In this document: positions 37,060-50,679 of the stretch, in pieces
Layout: every line of letters begins with the position of its first letter
How positions within the stretch are numbered: position 1 is the first letter of the stretch
Notes under the pieces: generated by a model
What the model was told of the DNA's origin: nothing
Database searches by the model: none
Seen by the model: the letters and a program-made list of their open reading frames with translations, nothing else
Assembly (NCBI GenBank): GCA_030264375.1
Contig: JASCQW010000162.1
Span: 95,411,631 to 95,475,630 of the forward strand
DNA length: 64,000 bases
DNA from: Carcharhinus longimanus
Taxonomy: Eukaryota
Direction of reading: 5' to 3'
Position numbers and translations under genes: made by a program

Positions 37060-38830
37060 TGTGCTGGTACTAGCTGCAGATAGGAACTGCACCGGAAAAG
37101 AGAGAGGGCACTTATGTACACGGATGTAGCAGTACAGGAGTTAGTGGGGGAGATTGACAGGAGAAGGGGGGTCATGTTGCCGCAGGGGGCTAGGGAGTCT
37201 CAGGCAGAACTGACAGAAAGGGGTGACCAGGAGGCTCAATATCCAAAGACTGGCTCTTAAGATCTGGCAGCAGTGCCATAAGACATTAAAAGATCTAGTA
37301 TAGCTAGCTAAGTCAGTGAATGGCCATCTTTTACCCACCACACCATTACCCTCTCATTATTTTAATTCATTTATGGGATGTGGGCGTCGCTGACCAGACC
37401 AGCATTTATTGCCCGTCTCTCGTTGCCCTTCAAAAGATAGTGTTGAGGTGCCTGCTTGAACTACTGAACAGTTCCTGTAAGAATCTCACAATGCTGTTTG
37501 GGAAGGAGTTCCAGGATTTTGACCCAGCAACAGAGAAGGGATAGCAATATATTTCCAAGTCAGGAATGGTGAGTAACTTGAGGAGGAACTTCCTGATGAT
37601 GATGTTCCAAGGTATCTGCTGCCCTTGTCTTTCTAGATGGTAGTCATCATGGGTTTGGGAGTTGCTGCCATAAGGAACATTGGTGAGTTCCTGTGGTGCA
37701 TCTTGTAGGTGGTACACACAGGTGCCACTGTTCGTTGGTGGTGGAGGGATTGGGTGTCTGTGAATGGGGTAGCAATCAAGTGGGTTGCTTTGTCCTGGAT
37801 GGTGTTGAGCTTCTTGGATGTTGATGGAGCATCACTTACCCAGACAAGTGGACTGTATTCCATTAAACTCCTGATTTGTACCTTGTAAATGGTGGACAGG
37901 CTTTGGGGGTTCAGGGGTAAGTTCCTTGCCACAGGATTCCTAGCCTTTGACCTGCCCTGGCAGCCACAGTATGTATATGGCTAGTCCAGTTTAATTTTTT
38001 GTTAATGGTAACTCCAAAGTGTTGGTAGTGAAGGATTCAGCCATGGTAATGACATTGAATATCAAGGGGTGATGGTTAGTTTCTCTCTTTTGGAGATGGT
38101 CATTGCCTGGCACTTGTGTGGCAATAATGTTGGCACTTGTTAGCCCAAGCCTGGGTATTGCCCAGGTCTTGCTGCATTTAGACATGAACTGCTTCAGTAT
38201 ATGAGGATTCATGGATGGTGCTGAATATTGTGCACTTACCAGCAATCATCCCCACTTCCTATCTTATGATGGAAGTAAAGTCATTAATGAAGCAACTGAA
38301 GATGGCTGGACCTAGGACACTACCCTGAGGAACTCCTGCAGTGATGTCCTGGAGCTGAGATAATTGACATGCTGCAACAAAACTCCCATCACTCATTCAA
38401 CAATAGTCCCAGGCACTCAGGACTCATGTTCAACATCGAAATAGTCCATCTCACTGTTACACTCATTGCAATGAAGTCAACCCCACATCCAGCTCCTGCT
38501 ATTCGACTGTGGCAGGCACATCGCCCAAGCACAGTGAAATGCAATCACTGATATTCTTATCTCTGTCTTGTAGGATGAGGTGTCAGAGAAAAGGAGGAGC
38601 AGAGAAGAACCAACAGCAGAAAAGGAACCTGCCTTTCCTGAGCCCTGGAGAGGAGGTGGTTCCCTTCATCATAAGGGACTGCTGGAGGACATTGCCAAAT
38701 GCACTCAGGATGATGGTATAACAGCAGATAAATGATGAAGATTTGACATTTTATGCCACCAGCTCAGATACTTTAGAGAATTAATGTGGATTCTGCATGT
38801 GGTGAGTTAAAGGGTGTGCAGGCTGCAAAG
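37060..38830 (+). pseudogene. Third Harbinger Myb/SANT-like gene remnant, CR1 inserted in its intron
   Basis: 'KIWQQCHKTLKDL' at ~37260-37300. After acceptor 'ctctgtcttgtag' (~38573) come 'RREQRRT'-like and 'NLPFLSPGEEVV' remnants. Confidence 0.6.
37360..38370 (-). mobile_element. CR1-clade LINE 3' ~1 kb (family of 12435-13515)
   Basis: 'PQSLSTIYKVQIRSLMEYSPLVW...KKLNTIQDKA' and the family 3' tail. Confidence 0.9.
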
Positions 38831-40961
38831 GACAGAATTGTTGAGCATTTCACTTGGAGTAAGGGACCTCCAGCTTGAGCTGCGCCAGCCCCAGTGGCAC
38901 TACGTAAGCCATATTTATTGGCTTTAAATGCTTTCCATAATGCATTTAGTCAAATACAGAAGTACGACACAAGATATGACAGAAATCAACAAATATAGGC
39001 CCTGACTATTTTTTAGACTAAAAAATGAAGTTCAAGCACCTTAGTCAGTTGAATGCTTGAAGTCCTGCCTAAAAGGTCACAAAGTCAAACCTCAGGGCTA
39101 CTCGCTATTCAGTCTGAAGCGGATTGTCACACCGAAGCAATGCTGTGGTATTTTGGGTCAAAGCATCATTGTCTAGTTCACTCTATTTGAGTTGAGCCTC
39201 TTGCTTGTCAGGAGTGGAGCAATATTGATGTTAATCATTGAGAATTCTCTTCCAAAGAATGCTGTGCCTTGCTTTCGATACATAATGATGAGCGACCAGC
39301 GAATGGAAAATATAAAATAAGAAGAATAACACACGGAAAAGACATGCGGCAGTGCTGAAACTGAATTTTTATGTTAACGGAAAAGAATCTTTTCAGTGAG
39401 CAGCAGTATTTAAATAAGGTATAGTGAGAAGATTTGATTCTTGACAGTTCAAAATTTCAGTCCAGCCACCAGACTGTGTAATATATTCGGGGTTTTTTTT
39501 CTATTTTATCAACTGATTTTAACTTAAAGATTGGAAAATATATTGCATGGTCCAATTAAGATATTCACTTTGCACCACTTCAGTGGAGGCTTGAAGTGGC
39601 AGCAGTGACAGATACTGAAATCTTCCAGCTACCTTCCAGTTCTGCCTGATGTCCACTGAGCCTCCAACTAGGAAGGCTGACAAGAACTGGAATGGGAAAA
39701 GCTGACACTTCATTAGTGAGTACAAACCTTTATTGGCTAATCTGCAAGAGGCAGTAGGATTGGAATAACAGGGGACTGTATAAATCAAATGGCTGCTTTA
39801 ATTCAAAAGGAGCGCAGTAACTTTTGATGGCAGAGGGGGAAAAATAATTGGGAAATGACTCCAAAAAGTTAGGTCTTGATTAATGAATCAAATTGTAAAA
39901 TGGATGCACCAATACTGTAATATTGTGCAACAATATGAAAATCAATAACTTCATAATGGTGGCATCTGCGACATTCAGAATCCATATTCTCACCTTGTAT
40001 CAGAGTTGGGTCCTCCTTTCTTTCACTTTATGCCTGAGACATACAAATCTTTGCTTCAAAAAGGGAAGGAAAACAATGTTATTGATTTGTGAATTCTGCA
40101 ATACATACATAATAAAAAAAATGCAGCATTGTTCAATGGAATCCAGATTTTGCTTTCACTTGAGGGCAGTGCTCATGAAACTCCACTGGAGGTTGTACAT
40201 TATCCTGCTTGGCCGATGCTGCCAATGTCATTTAAATTTTTTCCTCGATAGATATGAGATTCTTACAACAAGCAAAGTACAAAGGTGGTTACATTCTCTG
40301 AGTCTGAATCAGTGGAATTGGGAGTCGGACAGGGAAAAAGAGAAATATAGAATTTATTAACCACCAAATCAAGATCACTTAAGATATCATATCATCATCG
40401 TGGTATCTTAATTAGAATGAAATTATCTGTTTCATCTATTCACTTCCTGTTGCTGATGACTTTGGCATTAAGATAAAAAACACAAATAACATGGTCAATG
40501 TAATTGTGTTACTGGTGAAGCTAAGAAAGAATTCTAATTGGCCAGGAACTCAAATCATATTCAGAATTTCATTGGACAATTTTCTCAATGTTTTCCTTTC
40601 TGATTTTTCTGTATCAATGTGTAGAAATGTAAATTTTCCACATTTTTGATATAAGGCTATTAAATAACTTGCTATCTCTCTCTTTCCGTGCTATACTTTA
40701 AACACAGTATGATGCCTGTATTCAGAAAGGATTAGAAAATAGCTATAGAGAACTACAAACCTCATTGTTTTAGTTCAGTTTCATATAAAATTATGGGATT
40801 GGTTATCAGGAATGAACTCAAAGATTACATTTACAGCAACCACAACCCATTGAACAGCAGTGAAAAGCTCTCTCCCATCTCCCCAAACCTGGAAGAGTAG
40901 GAGCCATTCATGTGAATGGTTGAGACATTTAAAAAGTTAATTACCCTGGCTAGAAGACAAA

Positions 40962-41215
40962 GAACATAAACATAAGAACATAAGAAATAGGAGCAGGAGT
41001 AGGCCATCTGGCCCTTCGAGCCTGCCCCGCCATTCANNNNNNNNNNNNNNNNNNNNNNNNNNNNNNNNNNNNNNNNNNNNNNNNNNNNNNNNNNNNNNNN
41101 NNNNNNNNNNNNNNNNNNNNNNNNNNNNNNNNNNNNTACCTGTACCCTATCCTTAACTTTAGACCTCGTAACGTCACCTACCCTCGCACCCTCCCCCCCC
41201 CTAATTAGTTTAAGC
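40962..41215 (-). mobile_element. Young CR1 LINE collapsed into an N gap
   Basis: (AACATAAG)n tail and 'aggagcaggagtaggccatctggcccttcgagcc' left of the gap; CR1 5'-region-like sequence on the right. Confidence 0.7.
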
Positions 41216-41453
41216 CCAGACCTTGGCTAACCTGAGATGACTGTTCTGAAATGTATGAAGTCTGGCTGAGAACAACCATTTTATGCAGAACCTTAGGAAG
41301 AACTTTGAGACACACCATCCAAGGGAATTTTTGGCAAAGGAGCGGCAAAGAGAAACCATTCCCTCTTCTGTAGCTGTCAGTTGGGAAATCTGTGAGGGAC
41401 TGCTCCTGTTTGTCTTTCTATCCTTTGTATTAAAAACTTTCTCCTCCTACAAC

Positions 41454-41775
41454 AGGGCAGCATGGTGGCATAGTGATTAGCACTGCTGCATCACAGCACC
41501 AAGGAGCCAGGTTCAATCCCACCCTCGGGTCACTGTCTCTGTGGAGTTTGCACATTCTCCACATGTCTGCGTGGGTTACCTCCGGGTGCTCCGGTTTCCT
41601 CCCACAGTCCAAAGATGTGCAGTTTAGGTTGATTGGCCATGTTAAATTTTGCCTTAGTATCAGGGGGACTAGCAGGATAAATACATCCAGTTACAGAGAT
41701 AGGGCCTGGGTGGGATTGTTGTTGGTGCAGGCTCGATGGGCTGAATGGCCTCCGTCTGCACTGTAGGATTCTATG
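41454..41775 (+). mobile_element. HE1-type SINE, CR1-type tail
   Basis: Complete head, core and 'ctgcactgtaggattctatg' tail. Confidence 0.93.
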
Positions 41776-42969
41776 AGGTCTATGAATGAGTCCAATGGTC
41801 TATGTTCACCCAATTGATACAATACATTTGATAAGGATGACTATCGGTGAGAGCATCAGCTTGCATAAAGATTAGTGAGTGTGGTTGAAGATGGATGGTT
41901 TGGAATATGAAGAAGGGCGTAGAAAGAATACAATAAGTGGGTGTGAGAAGGGATGTTGTGGAGTTGACTTTATAAGGGAGAGTTGAGGGAGGGGCAGTGA
42001 CATACGCAATAAGATCGAGGTGAATCTGCAACTTTGTGTGACTTTCCTGACCTGGTTAGTACTTCATGCATGGAAGTTGGGAGTGTGGCAGAATAATCCT
42101 GTGCCAATCATCGAGACCACCACAGCATTCTTTATAACAGTGACATGTTTCTTCCTCACATTTTGGAGACAGGTATCCCTTTCAAAATCTTCACTGCTAC
42201 CAGCAATACATCAGTTGAGATATCAGGGAAGCAAAATGTAGCCGCTGAATGTGTCCATATTTGGAAAATTCTATCTCTATGCCAAATCCGATCTTTTCTA
42301 ATTTCCATCTTTGAATCAGCCCTTTAGATAGAGGAGTTGAGTTTATGTCTTGTGTGTTCTCATCACACCCATAACTGCACATAATACATGAAATCCAACA
42401 GTAAAATGGTAACGAGGTGGCTGTATTAAAATGCCAAAGGCAATTCCTGAAGACAGTGCAAAGAGAGGCCACAAGGTTAATTCTTAGGTCCAAATTGTGA
42501 AGAAAGAATGCAAACCCTCGAGCTTGTGCATGTTAATGACACCCTTTGAAGCAGTCAGTGGAAGGCATGTACATGAAAATAGTGATTTGTATTAGATACC
42601 AGAAAGTAGCTGGTACTTGTGACACCATGTTGCTGCATGAATCAATGTTTTCAGGAAAGATGGCAGAAAAGATGGATATCATTTATTTCAAATGGGTTAA
42701 TGCCTCTGCTAAAACAGAAAGGAATTTTGGTTGGCTTGCATTAGGTGAAGAATGTGTATGTTATTAGACAGTATAATTACCAGGCTATGTTTTAGAAATG
42801 TTTGCTACTTTTTTCTGTATTCTGCCTTTTTACTTACTGTTTTCCGCTAAATATGGAGGCCCAAAAGATTGGCAGTAGGGCAACTGTACATCCATAACAA
42901 ACGCAAAAGATTCTGCTGTGCCATGGCTGAGTTGCACTTTGAAGTCTAGAGAAATCACAACTATAAAGA

Positions 42970-43395
42970 AATGAATGAGTTAGTGCAGCCACTATTCAAA
43001 CTATGGCATACAGTTCCAACTGTTCTAGGTTCAATTCCAGGTCTATAGATGATCTGATCTCAGCTGGTGTGACAGTTCAGGAGCGATAATTGGCTCCAGT
43101 GTCTGTAAACAAGCTATAATTGGCTGCCTCTCACCTGAGCTGATAAAGGAAGGGTAAACAAAAATCAACTAGATCTCCCGCTCCAAATTGATATCCAGTG
43201 AGTTCTGACAAATTCAGATGTGTAACTTTAGGCGAGGGCAGTATCGAGTTAGACACTAATACCCCTCGTGGTTGACTGTTCCAATTCAGATATGAACAAT
43301 AACCATTTAATTAGAGTACCCAAGAATAACTGATACCTATAACATTTGCACCCTACTGTGACTAAACTTCCTTGGGAGAGGAAGAGGGAAGATAT
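42970..43395 (+). repeat. Ancient tRNA-derived SINE-like repeat
   Basis: B-box-like 'ggttcaattcc' and 'ctgatctcagctgg', ending 'gggagaggaagagggaag'; resembles a common old shark repeat. Confidence 0.4.
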
Positions 43396-43679
43396 GGTGA
43401 AAATACAGTAAAGAACACTCCAGGCATATCCATCTGGATTAAGAGAATTGATTGGCTGTCCTTATCAAGTGCTTTTCAGGCCATAATGTGAGAGGCTACC
43501 AAGGCCATTCCATGGACTTTCTTCTTTTATTCTTCCCAATCCATCCAATTCTCTCCTTTGCCATCTCCCCTATACTGTTTCAAAAACTCTTCAAAGCCTT
43601 CAGCCCTCCTTTCCTATTTTAATCTTTCCAAGCTCTCACAATTCTCATGCTCTGTGCCTCCCAAATTATTTTCTCTCTT

Positions 43680-44072
43680 TTTTTTATTCATTCATGGGAC
43701 ATGGGCATCGCTGGCTGGCCAGCATTTATTGCCCATCCCTAGTTCAGAAGGTGGTGGTGAGCTGCCTTCTTAAATCGCCACAGTCCATGTTTTGGGGGTT
43801 GACCCACAATGCTTTTAAGGAAGGAATTCCGGGATTTTGATCCAGCGACTACAAAGGAACGGTGATATATTTCCAAGTCAGGAGTGGCTTGGAGGGGAAC
43901 TTGCAGGTGGTGGTGTTCCCATGTATCTGGTGCCCTTGTACTTCTTAATGGAAGTGGTCGTGGATTTGGAAGGTGCTGTGTAAGGATCTTTGGGGAATTT
44001 CTGCAGTGTATCTTGTAGATAGTACATTCTAAGTATTGATGGTGGAGGGATTGAATGTTTGTAGATGTGGTT
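43680..44072 (-). mobile_element. CR1-clade LINE 3' end
   Basis: Homologous to 37360-37770. Confidence 0.88.
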
Positions 44073-44517
44073 TAGAAACCTTACTGTTACTTTAATGTAA
44101 AAGACTCAGAGGCAATTTTCTACACAAGGTTTGCAAATTGTTATTGTTGCCTCGCAATCCTAAAATAGTGTACTGCAAATGTTTCCTCCACATCTAGATT
44201 ATTCAGAAATTAAGGCTCATTGTAATATCTGCCAGTCTACTCTATTCACTCTCAATCTGAAAGTGAAACTGCATGCAGGTCTGTTGCCATTGTAGATATA
44301 AATTGCTTCTTTTGTATTCATGCTCTGAGCGAGAACATACGGAACAGAAGGAAAACAGGAAATTTGAAAGAGAAAATTATCAAAAAGTTTTCATGTCCAA
44401 ATTTTGGACTTTGGAAGGGGAGTAATGATCAAAACCTTGAAATTTAAACAATTGGTATGAGTAAAAAACCTTTAACAATACCATTGCAGAGATATGTGCT
44501 CATTAATAAAAGATAAT

Positions 44518-44703
44518 GGGCAGAATTCTCCTATATTCAGACAAAGTGCTCCCACTGCTGTTAAAATGGGAGGGTTCCCCGCTGGCAGCATCTATCAGGT
44601 GGGATTCCCCTACCGGACAGATGTAAATTTATGTGTATCATAGAAAATGCTGGCCTGATTTCCATGTCTGCCATGGGCCATGAATGTCCAGAGAATTCTG
44701 GCC
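44518..44703. mobile_element. Harbinger-like MITE
   Basis: TIR GGGCAGAATTCTC ... GAGAATTCTGGCC (12/13 match). Confidence 0.65.
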
Positions 44704-45381
44704 ATGGTCACTAAACCTAGCCATGCAGGGATGAAGATATTTGAAACCGATAATCAATGATAGAAAACGGTAATGGTGTTAAACACTTTGCTAAACCTGA
44801 CCTAAATGCAGGCTACCATCACATCGAGCTTGCAGAAGAATCTGGATGTCTTTCTGTATGGTCCATTCACCATGATGCAAGAAACTCAACTCTAGAGTCA
44901 ATTCAGCAGCTGAAGTATTTCAACATATGATTCGGTCTGTGCTTCAAGGACTTGAAGTGATGACATTTTTACCTGCTGTCACATTGAAAGGAAGATTAAG
45001 ACACACTTAACGCATGTCTACATTGTCGTGGAGAATGGAACCTCACTTGAACAAAAATAGGAGCCTGGTCAATGAAAGCAGAATTGAACGTTTTAGTCTT
45101 GAATTCAGCGGTAAAGGAGTATCCATGGAAAGTTGAAGCCATTGCAAACAGTGTGGATCCTACAACCTTGTGTGGAATTTGGAGAGTGCTCAGATTCATC
45201 ACATACTGCAATCACTCCATTCTTCTTGTCCTCGCCATGTTATCTTCCTCTATATCACCTGACAAGAGAGCACCAAATGAGAGTGGACTAAATCATAGAA
45301 ACTGACTGTACACCAGATCAAACAACAGCTGTCAGCAAGTGGCATAAATGCCCATTTCAACCCTGAGATAATCATTCAGCT

Positions 45382-45499
45382 GGGTGGGATTTTCCCATCC
45401 CACCCACCCACAGCAGGAATTGTGGCAGCAAGAAGCACCATGCAGAGGTCCATTGGGATTTTCTGGTTTTGGGGTGAGCATGGATGGAAAATCCCACCC
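45382..45499. mobile_element. 118-bp MITE inserted in Gypsy pol
   Basis: Perfect 14-bp TIR GGGTGGGATTTTCC / GGAAAATCCCACCC. Confidence 0.8.
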
Positions 45500-46039
45500 C
45501 TGATTGTGGATGCAAGCTAGGCACATTTCTCATGCAGATAGACAAGGGCAGGTAACTCATTAATTGTTGTAATGACAAACAGGTTGTTGGTGCCCATTGA
45601 GCAATATTATTCGCAAACAGAGAATGATGCACTTTCAATCACATGGGGTTTCTTATATTCTCATCTCTCCTTGTACAGAAGTGAGTTTAATGTAATAACT
45701 GATTATAGACCATCAGCAAGCTTGTTCAACAATCCACACAGCAAACCACTGAGTCAGATGGAATGTTGGAGACTCAAACCACAAGAGTATGAGTTCTAAG
45801 TTGAGTGTCAGCCAGGCAAGCTCAACTTAATGGATTATCTTTCACAACATTCTTTCTCGACAGCCTGTCCTCTAATTGTGAGGAAAAGGATGCTGGACAA
45901 CATATTAACTATGTCAGCCTAAATGTGGTGTCAATGTTGCTAAAACTAACCCACTTCAAAACAGTAACAAAACAAGATGAGACATCGCAATTATGTATGA
46001 GAGCTATAGAATCATAGGACAGGGAAGATATGATTGAGA

Positions 46040-46216
46040 GAGTGGCTGGAGGTCTTCCTGCCATGGGAATTGTAGCGGGTGGTGGTGGGATGGTGGGCTG
46101 GTGGGGTGGTGGGTTGGGGGTTGGGGGTTTGGGGGGGGGGGAAACGATGCAAATGTTCATTGACCTCTGATGGCATTCTCCGGTTTTGAGGTTAGTGTGG
46201 CCGAAGAATCCTGCCC
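46040..46216. mobile_element. Related MITE with G-rich interior, inserted in Gypsy pol
   Basis: Shares 'ggaattgt.gc', 'catgca.a.gt.cattg' and 'ttttctggttttg'-like segments with 45382-45499; ends 'gaatcctgccc'. Confidence 0.6.
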
Positions 46217-47243
46217 ATCATCTTTAAATGAAATCATTCACACACAAAACGATCTTTACAATTAAATAAGTTCACCTTACAACTACGTTTGATCTTGTGT
46301 TAAGCAGTAGCTGCATTGTCATTCTGCACTCATTGAGGGAATGTGTTGTCAGTAAAGCCTATGAAGGTCACCAGAGCATTATCAAAACTAAACAATAACA
46401 TTGGGAAAAGGTATGGTTCCCAAGAATTGACCACATGGCAGAGCACAAAATCAGGCAGCATTTGCCTTGCGTAGAAACAACAAAGTGAAATCTTCATGAC
46501 CATCTCTGTACGTCAGGCTACCCCATGGAGTTAATGATCAACATGCATGTGAATGTGATAGAGAATGGAAAGATTGAATAAAAGTAACTGTTGAGTGAAG
46601 CATGAAAACTAGAGCTACACCACTAAGCCTGAAAGATAAAGTGCTTGTGAAACATGATATTTATATGGGAGAGCAAATAACCACTGATGATATCCAGCCA
46701 TTTATTGTGACCAACACAAAATGATCAGTGATCACCACTAAGCACAGTTCGCAAATCATGACATGAAACATATCATTCTTCAAAGCACTGAAAATTTCCT
46801 TCACAAGCATTGAATCCAATTTTGACATCGACACCTGAAGAGTTCAATGAGACACACCTGATTTCACATNNNNNNNNNNNNNNNNNNNNNNNNNNNNNNN
46901 NNNNNNNNNNNNNNNNNNNNNNNNNNNNNNNNNNNNNNNNNNNNNNNNNNNNNNNNNNNNNNNNNNNNNTTCAATGAGACACACCTGATTTCACATGGAA
47001 TCCCACTCCTGAGAAAAGACGTCCACCATACTTAAGTGATTATGTGACAAAGTGAATTATTTAGTTCATGAACACATCTTTCATTTCATTGTACATGACT
47101 GAGTGCATTGTTAAGTTAGTAGAAAAGTTAGAATGTGCAATGATATCAATGGTGAGGTTGAATGTTCACAATACTTTTAATTGTTTATTTTTATTATTTA
47201 TCGTTTTAGAAGCAAGCCATTAAAACACACTACTTTCTCTCTT

Positions 47244-48135
47244 AGTTAGAAGGGAAGAGATATACTGCATTGAGAATTGCTAATTGTCCTCCTAAGGCAG
47301 GAAGAGAAACCTAAACAATGTATGAACCAAGGAAACATAGAAAAGAAACCGATCCTCCCAGTTTCTAAGGAAGCAGGAACTGAGTCTGATGTTTGGAAAC
47401 CAAAACTTTGGTGCAGACTGAAACTGGCTGAGCCATATCAAGGGATGCAGAGTCATCCACGTAACAGTCGCAGTTTGCAATTAGTATGTGTGCAGTTTGC
47501 AACTCACTAAGGAGAAAGCCAAAGAAAGTGACAGTTAGATTTACCTGCACTGTAAGCCGAGTAAAAAACTCACTTCTTCATTCACCATGTGGAATGCGGG
47601 TGAGGCTTAATCTCAGTTGGAATTTTGTGAAGGAACAGAAGCTGTAAGATTGCTGAATTTTAAACTGGTGGAAGAATCTACAATAGCCTCCATAGATTTT
47701 TGTGACAAAAAAAGCAACGAGCAGATTAGTTTGTAAGTATAGGATAAATAAGCAAACAAGGGGCAAAGGCAGCCATGGTCAAGAGATGGTACATTAAAGT
47801 TTTACCTTTGAGAACTTCTGGTGTTGAGGATAATTAAAGTATTCTCTAAGGAAGTATGGCATTCTTAACGTTGTTCCTTATGAAAGTAAATAATTTTAAG
47901 ATATTGTATTATATTAGAGAACTCATGGAGAAAGTAAGAAGTAAACATAAGGAGCTAGTACATGTAGGTATAAACTATAGTGTTAACATAATCATATTTG
48001 CTTTTTCTAATTTGAAGTATATGCAATAAAGTTTGTGTTTTAGTTTGAAAATCATGAAATATTTGACGTTGATCTATTGGTTGAAATGAGGTGCTTGGGT
48101 ATTTCTTTAAAAACTAACATTGCTAACTGCATCAT
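47244..48135 (+). mobile_element. Polypurine tract and probable 3' LTR of the Gypsy element
   Basis: 'agaagggaagaga' follows the pol 3' UTR; AATAAA at ~48026. End point approximate. Confidence 0.55.
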
Positions 48136-50679
48136 AGCGATGTTTTTAACTGCAGATGAAGTTCTGATTCTGAATGCTTCTTACTGAATCTTATTGTTAT
48201 GTCCCAATCAATTTACAGGATCCACAAATCCAATAGGGATGTGATGGAAATGGGAATCCTCCTGCTGTAAAGGACTATCAGGAGGTATAGAGGTGGCTAT
48301 TACCACGGAAAGAGCATTCACCTCATGATTTGTTCCATAGTTAATCTACCTGCAAATCCTTACACTCCACCCAAACCACAATCTTAATTGCTCTCTGCTT
48401 TAATCCTTCCTCTTGGTTTCCCAATATAAGTGGAGAGCTTCTTGTCAATTTTTTTCCTCAGGTATTTGCTGCATTCTAATTGGACGTCAAAAGGTATATT
48501 TTATTTGCAATAGTTAATACGATGAGACAAAAGCAGAATTCTTCACATTTGAAACATTAAATGATATTCAAGAGAAAATTGGTGCTTCCACCCTGGGATG
48601 TCTTTTCAAGCTGCTGTGAAGTTTTGAAGAGGTTTTACAAAGCTGTTTGAACTTTAGCATCTCCATTAGATCTGTCAGATATGCACTTACATTTTTGAAA
48701 AGGCCCTCCTCCTACCCCTTCCTGTGCACTCTGTTCTATAAATTCTACCAGCTTTGCGACTTAAGTAGTTTGCTATTGCCGGTTTCAAATGAATTCTCAA
48801 GTGTTATATGTTTCCCGTCATCAAGAAATACATAACATGAAATATTACATATTATGAAAAATTTGGCTGGTTAAAGAAAACTTTCAAGTTAAATGTGGCC
48901 ACACACAGATAGAATGTTGAATGCTAAGTTTAAATATACTATTTAATATGAAAGAGGATTACTTATTTATTTGATCCTATTCTACATGTTATGCAGAAGA
49001 GAAAAATGGATATCTGGGATTTGTTATTTCATCTGGGGATTCAGATGATTCATAAACTACAAAAGCACTTGCAGATTGGAAATTTCCTCGAAGGAATTTT
49101 ATAGAAGGCAGTTTTGTATTATTTTTGTTCTTCTTTTGTCAGTGATGAATTTGACAGCAGACATAAATGTCATGCTGTTACGAGTAACTAATATATGATG
49201 ACATCCATACTGAAGGATTAATGATTGTGACATTATTCACTGCAAGTTTATTGATTGACAACCAACAGTTTGTTACTGGAAAGTAACATTGTTAGCATAT
49301 ATTATTTTAACAAATTATCCTTAAATCTGTATTCTTGTACTGCATAAGCATGCAGCAAATAAAAACAAACACGATTCAGAGCCGACATCATGCTCAAGGT
49401 CAAATATTGCTGTTACAAATACTGATACAGTCACTAATGAATATATTTAGCCTCCAGAGCCATTCTGCTCCATACCAAGACCACATAACATCTGTTCTTA
49501 AATACAGCTTCCCTGGGAAACATTGACATAGGCCTCAGGCTTTCACCTGTACACCTCCCCCCTGCTGTCCCATGTCCAGATGGCATATTTGTACCTCATG
49601 CTTAGTACACAGGCCCAAATGTAGCCTGCTGGTTAGTCTTCAGGCAACAAACGAGATGCTATTATGCCTCCCTGTCTCCGCTGAATTCAGATGTTTCCTT
49701 AAGCNNNNNNNNNNNNNNNNNNNNNNNNNNNNNNNNNNNNNNNNNNNNNNNNNNNNNNNNNNNNNNNNNNNNNNNNNNNNNNNNNNNNNNNNNNNNNNNN
49801 NNNNATAGACAATTCAAATAATCTTTAAGAATTATTAAAATAGAGAAGCAGCAAGTTCATACTTTCTTACTTGCATTATCCCAGCATGTAATACAGCATT
49901 TTGAACATTTGCATTTATAAGGAATGTAGGAAATACTGAAGGTTTCTGTTCAGAAAGACAATTCCAGATTAATTCATTCAAATATGATTCATATAATGTT
50001 GATATAAAATCCAAATGCAACTGGTGTGAGTAGCAATGCAGAGTATATTTTGTTTTATGCACCATAGCATAGAATTGGGGATCATTAAAGACTATTGGGG
50101 CTGATCATATGATTGGTTGGGTACCAATGATACTGATGAAATGACAAGGGATAGCAGATTATTAGGTAAACAGGCCCTAGCCCTGTTTATTAGCCAAAGT
50201 GTATAATACACCATTCTATGGCCAGGGTATTTTTGACACTATCCTTCATAAAGACTTTGAAATGTAAGTTACTTTCTGTTGCCATTTTATGCGTTCTAAG
50301 TCAGGAATATCTTGAATTCCATCAGCAAGCATTGAAAATGGTACTGAAAGCAGTAGTGCACTCTTGCATAAAGCTTGAGATAGCTTTGCAATTGAAGACT
50401 AATTATTTAATTAGTCTCCACATGAAATGGGGCCATTAGAACAAGTCAGGATTAAATATTTTTCCGTGATGCACGTTTTCCCAAAATGTACACCGATACT
50501 AATAGTGCACGTAGAATCATGGTTACTATGGTAGCAGGCCATTCTATCCATTATATTCTTGCGACTGTCTGCAAAAATAACTCAGTTAGTTCCAACCACT
50601 CCCCCCTCCCCAACCAACTAACACCTTCCCTCTTAGTCCTGCAATTAAATTGGTGATTCTGGTTCTCGATCCTCCCACC

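Larger units (their letters stand above)
44745..47055 (+). pseudogene. Decayed Ty3/Gypsy pol (RT, RNase H, integrase zinc finger, C-terminus)
   Basis: 'FAKPDLNAGYHHIELAEES', 'VNSAAEVFQHMIRSVLQGL..DDI', 'EQYYSQTENDALSITWG...FNVITDYRP...MECWRLKPQEYEF', 'AYEGHQSIIKTKQ*HWEKVWFPRID' and 'RRPPYLSDYV'. Domain order is Gypsy-type. Confidence 0.93.

Noticed and set aside
39280-39370. C/D box snoRNA (ATGATGA ... CTGA)
   Set aside because: No terminal stem next to the boxes and no recognisable rRNA or snRNA guide.
39923-40360. 145-aa ORF
   Set aside because: No homology or splice-supported frame; composition typical of AT-rich non-coding DNA.
46076-46141. G-quadruplex-like G tract
   Set aside because: Low-complexity expansion inside a MITE with no sign of function.
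46842-46996. 27-bp duplication 'ttcaatgagacacacctgatttcacat' on both sides of an N gap
   Set aside because: Probably a contig overlap or a collapsed tandem repeat at a scaffold gap.
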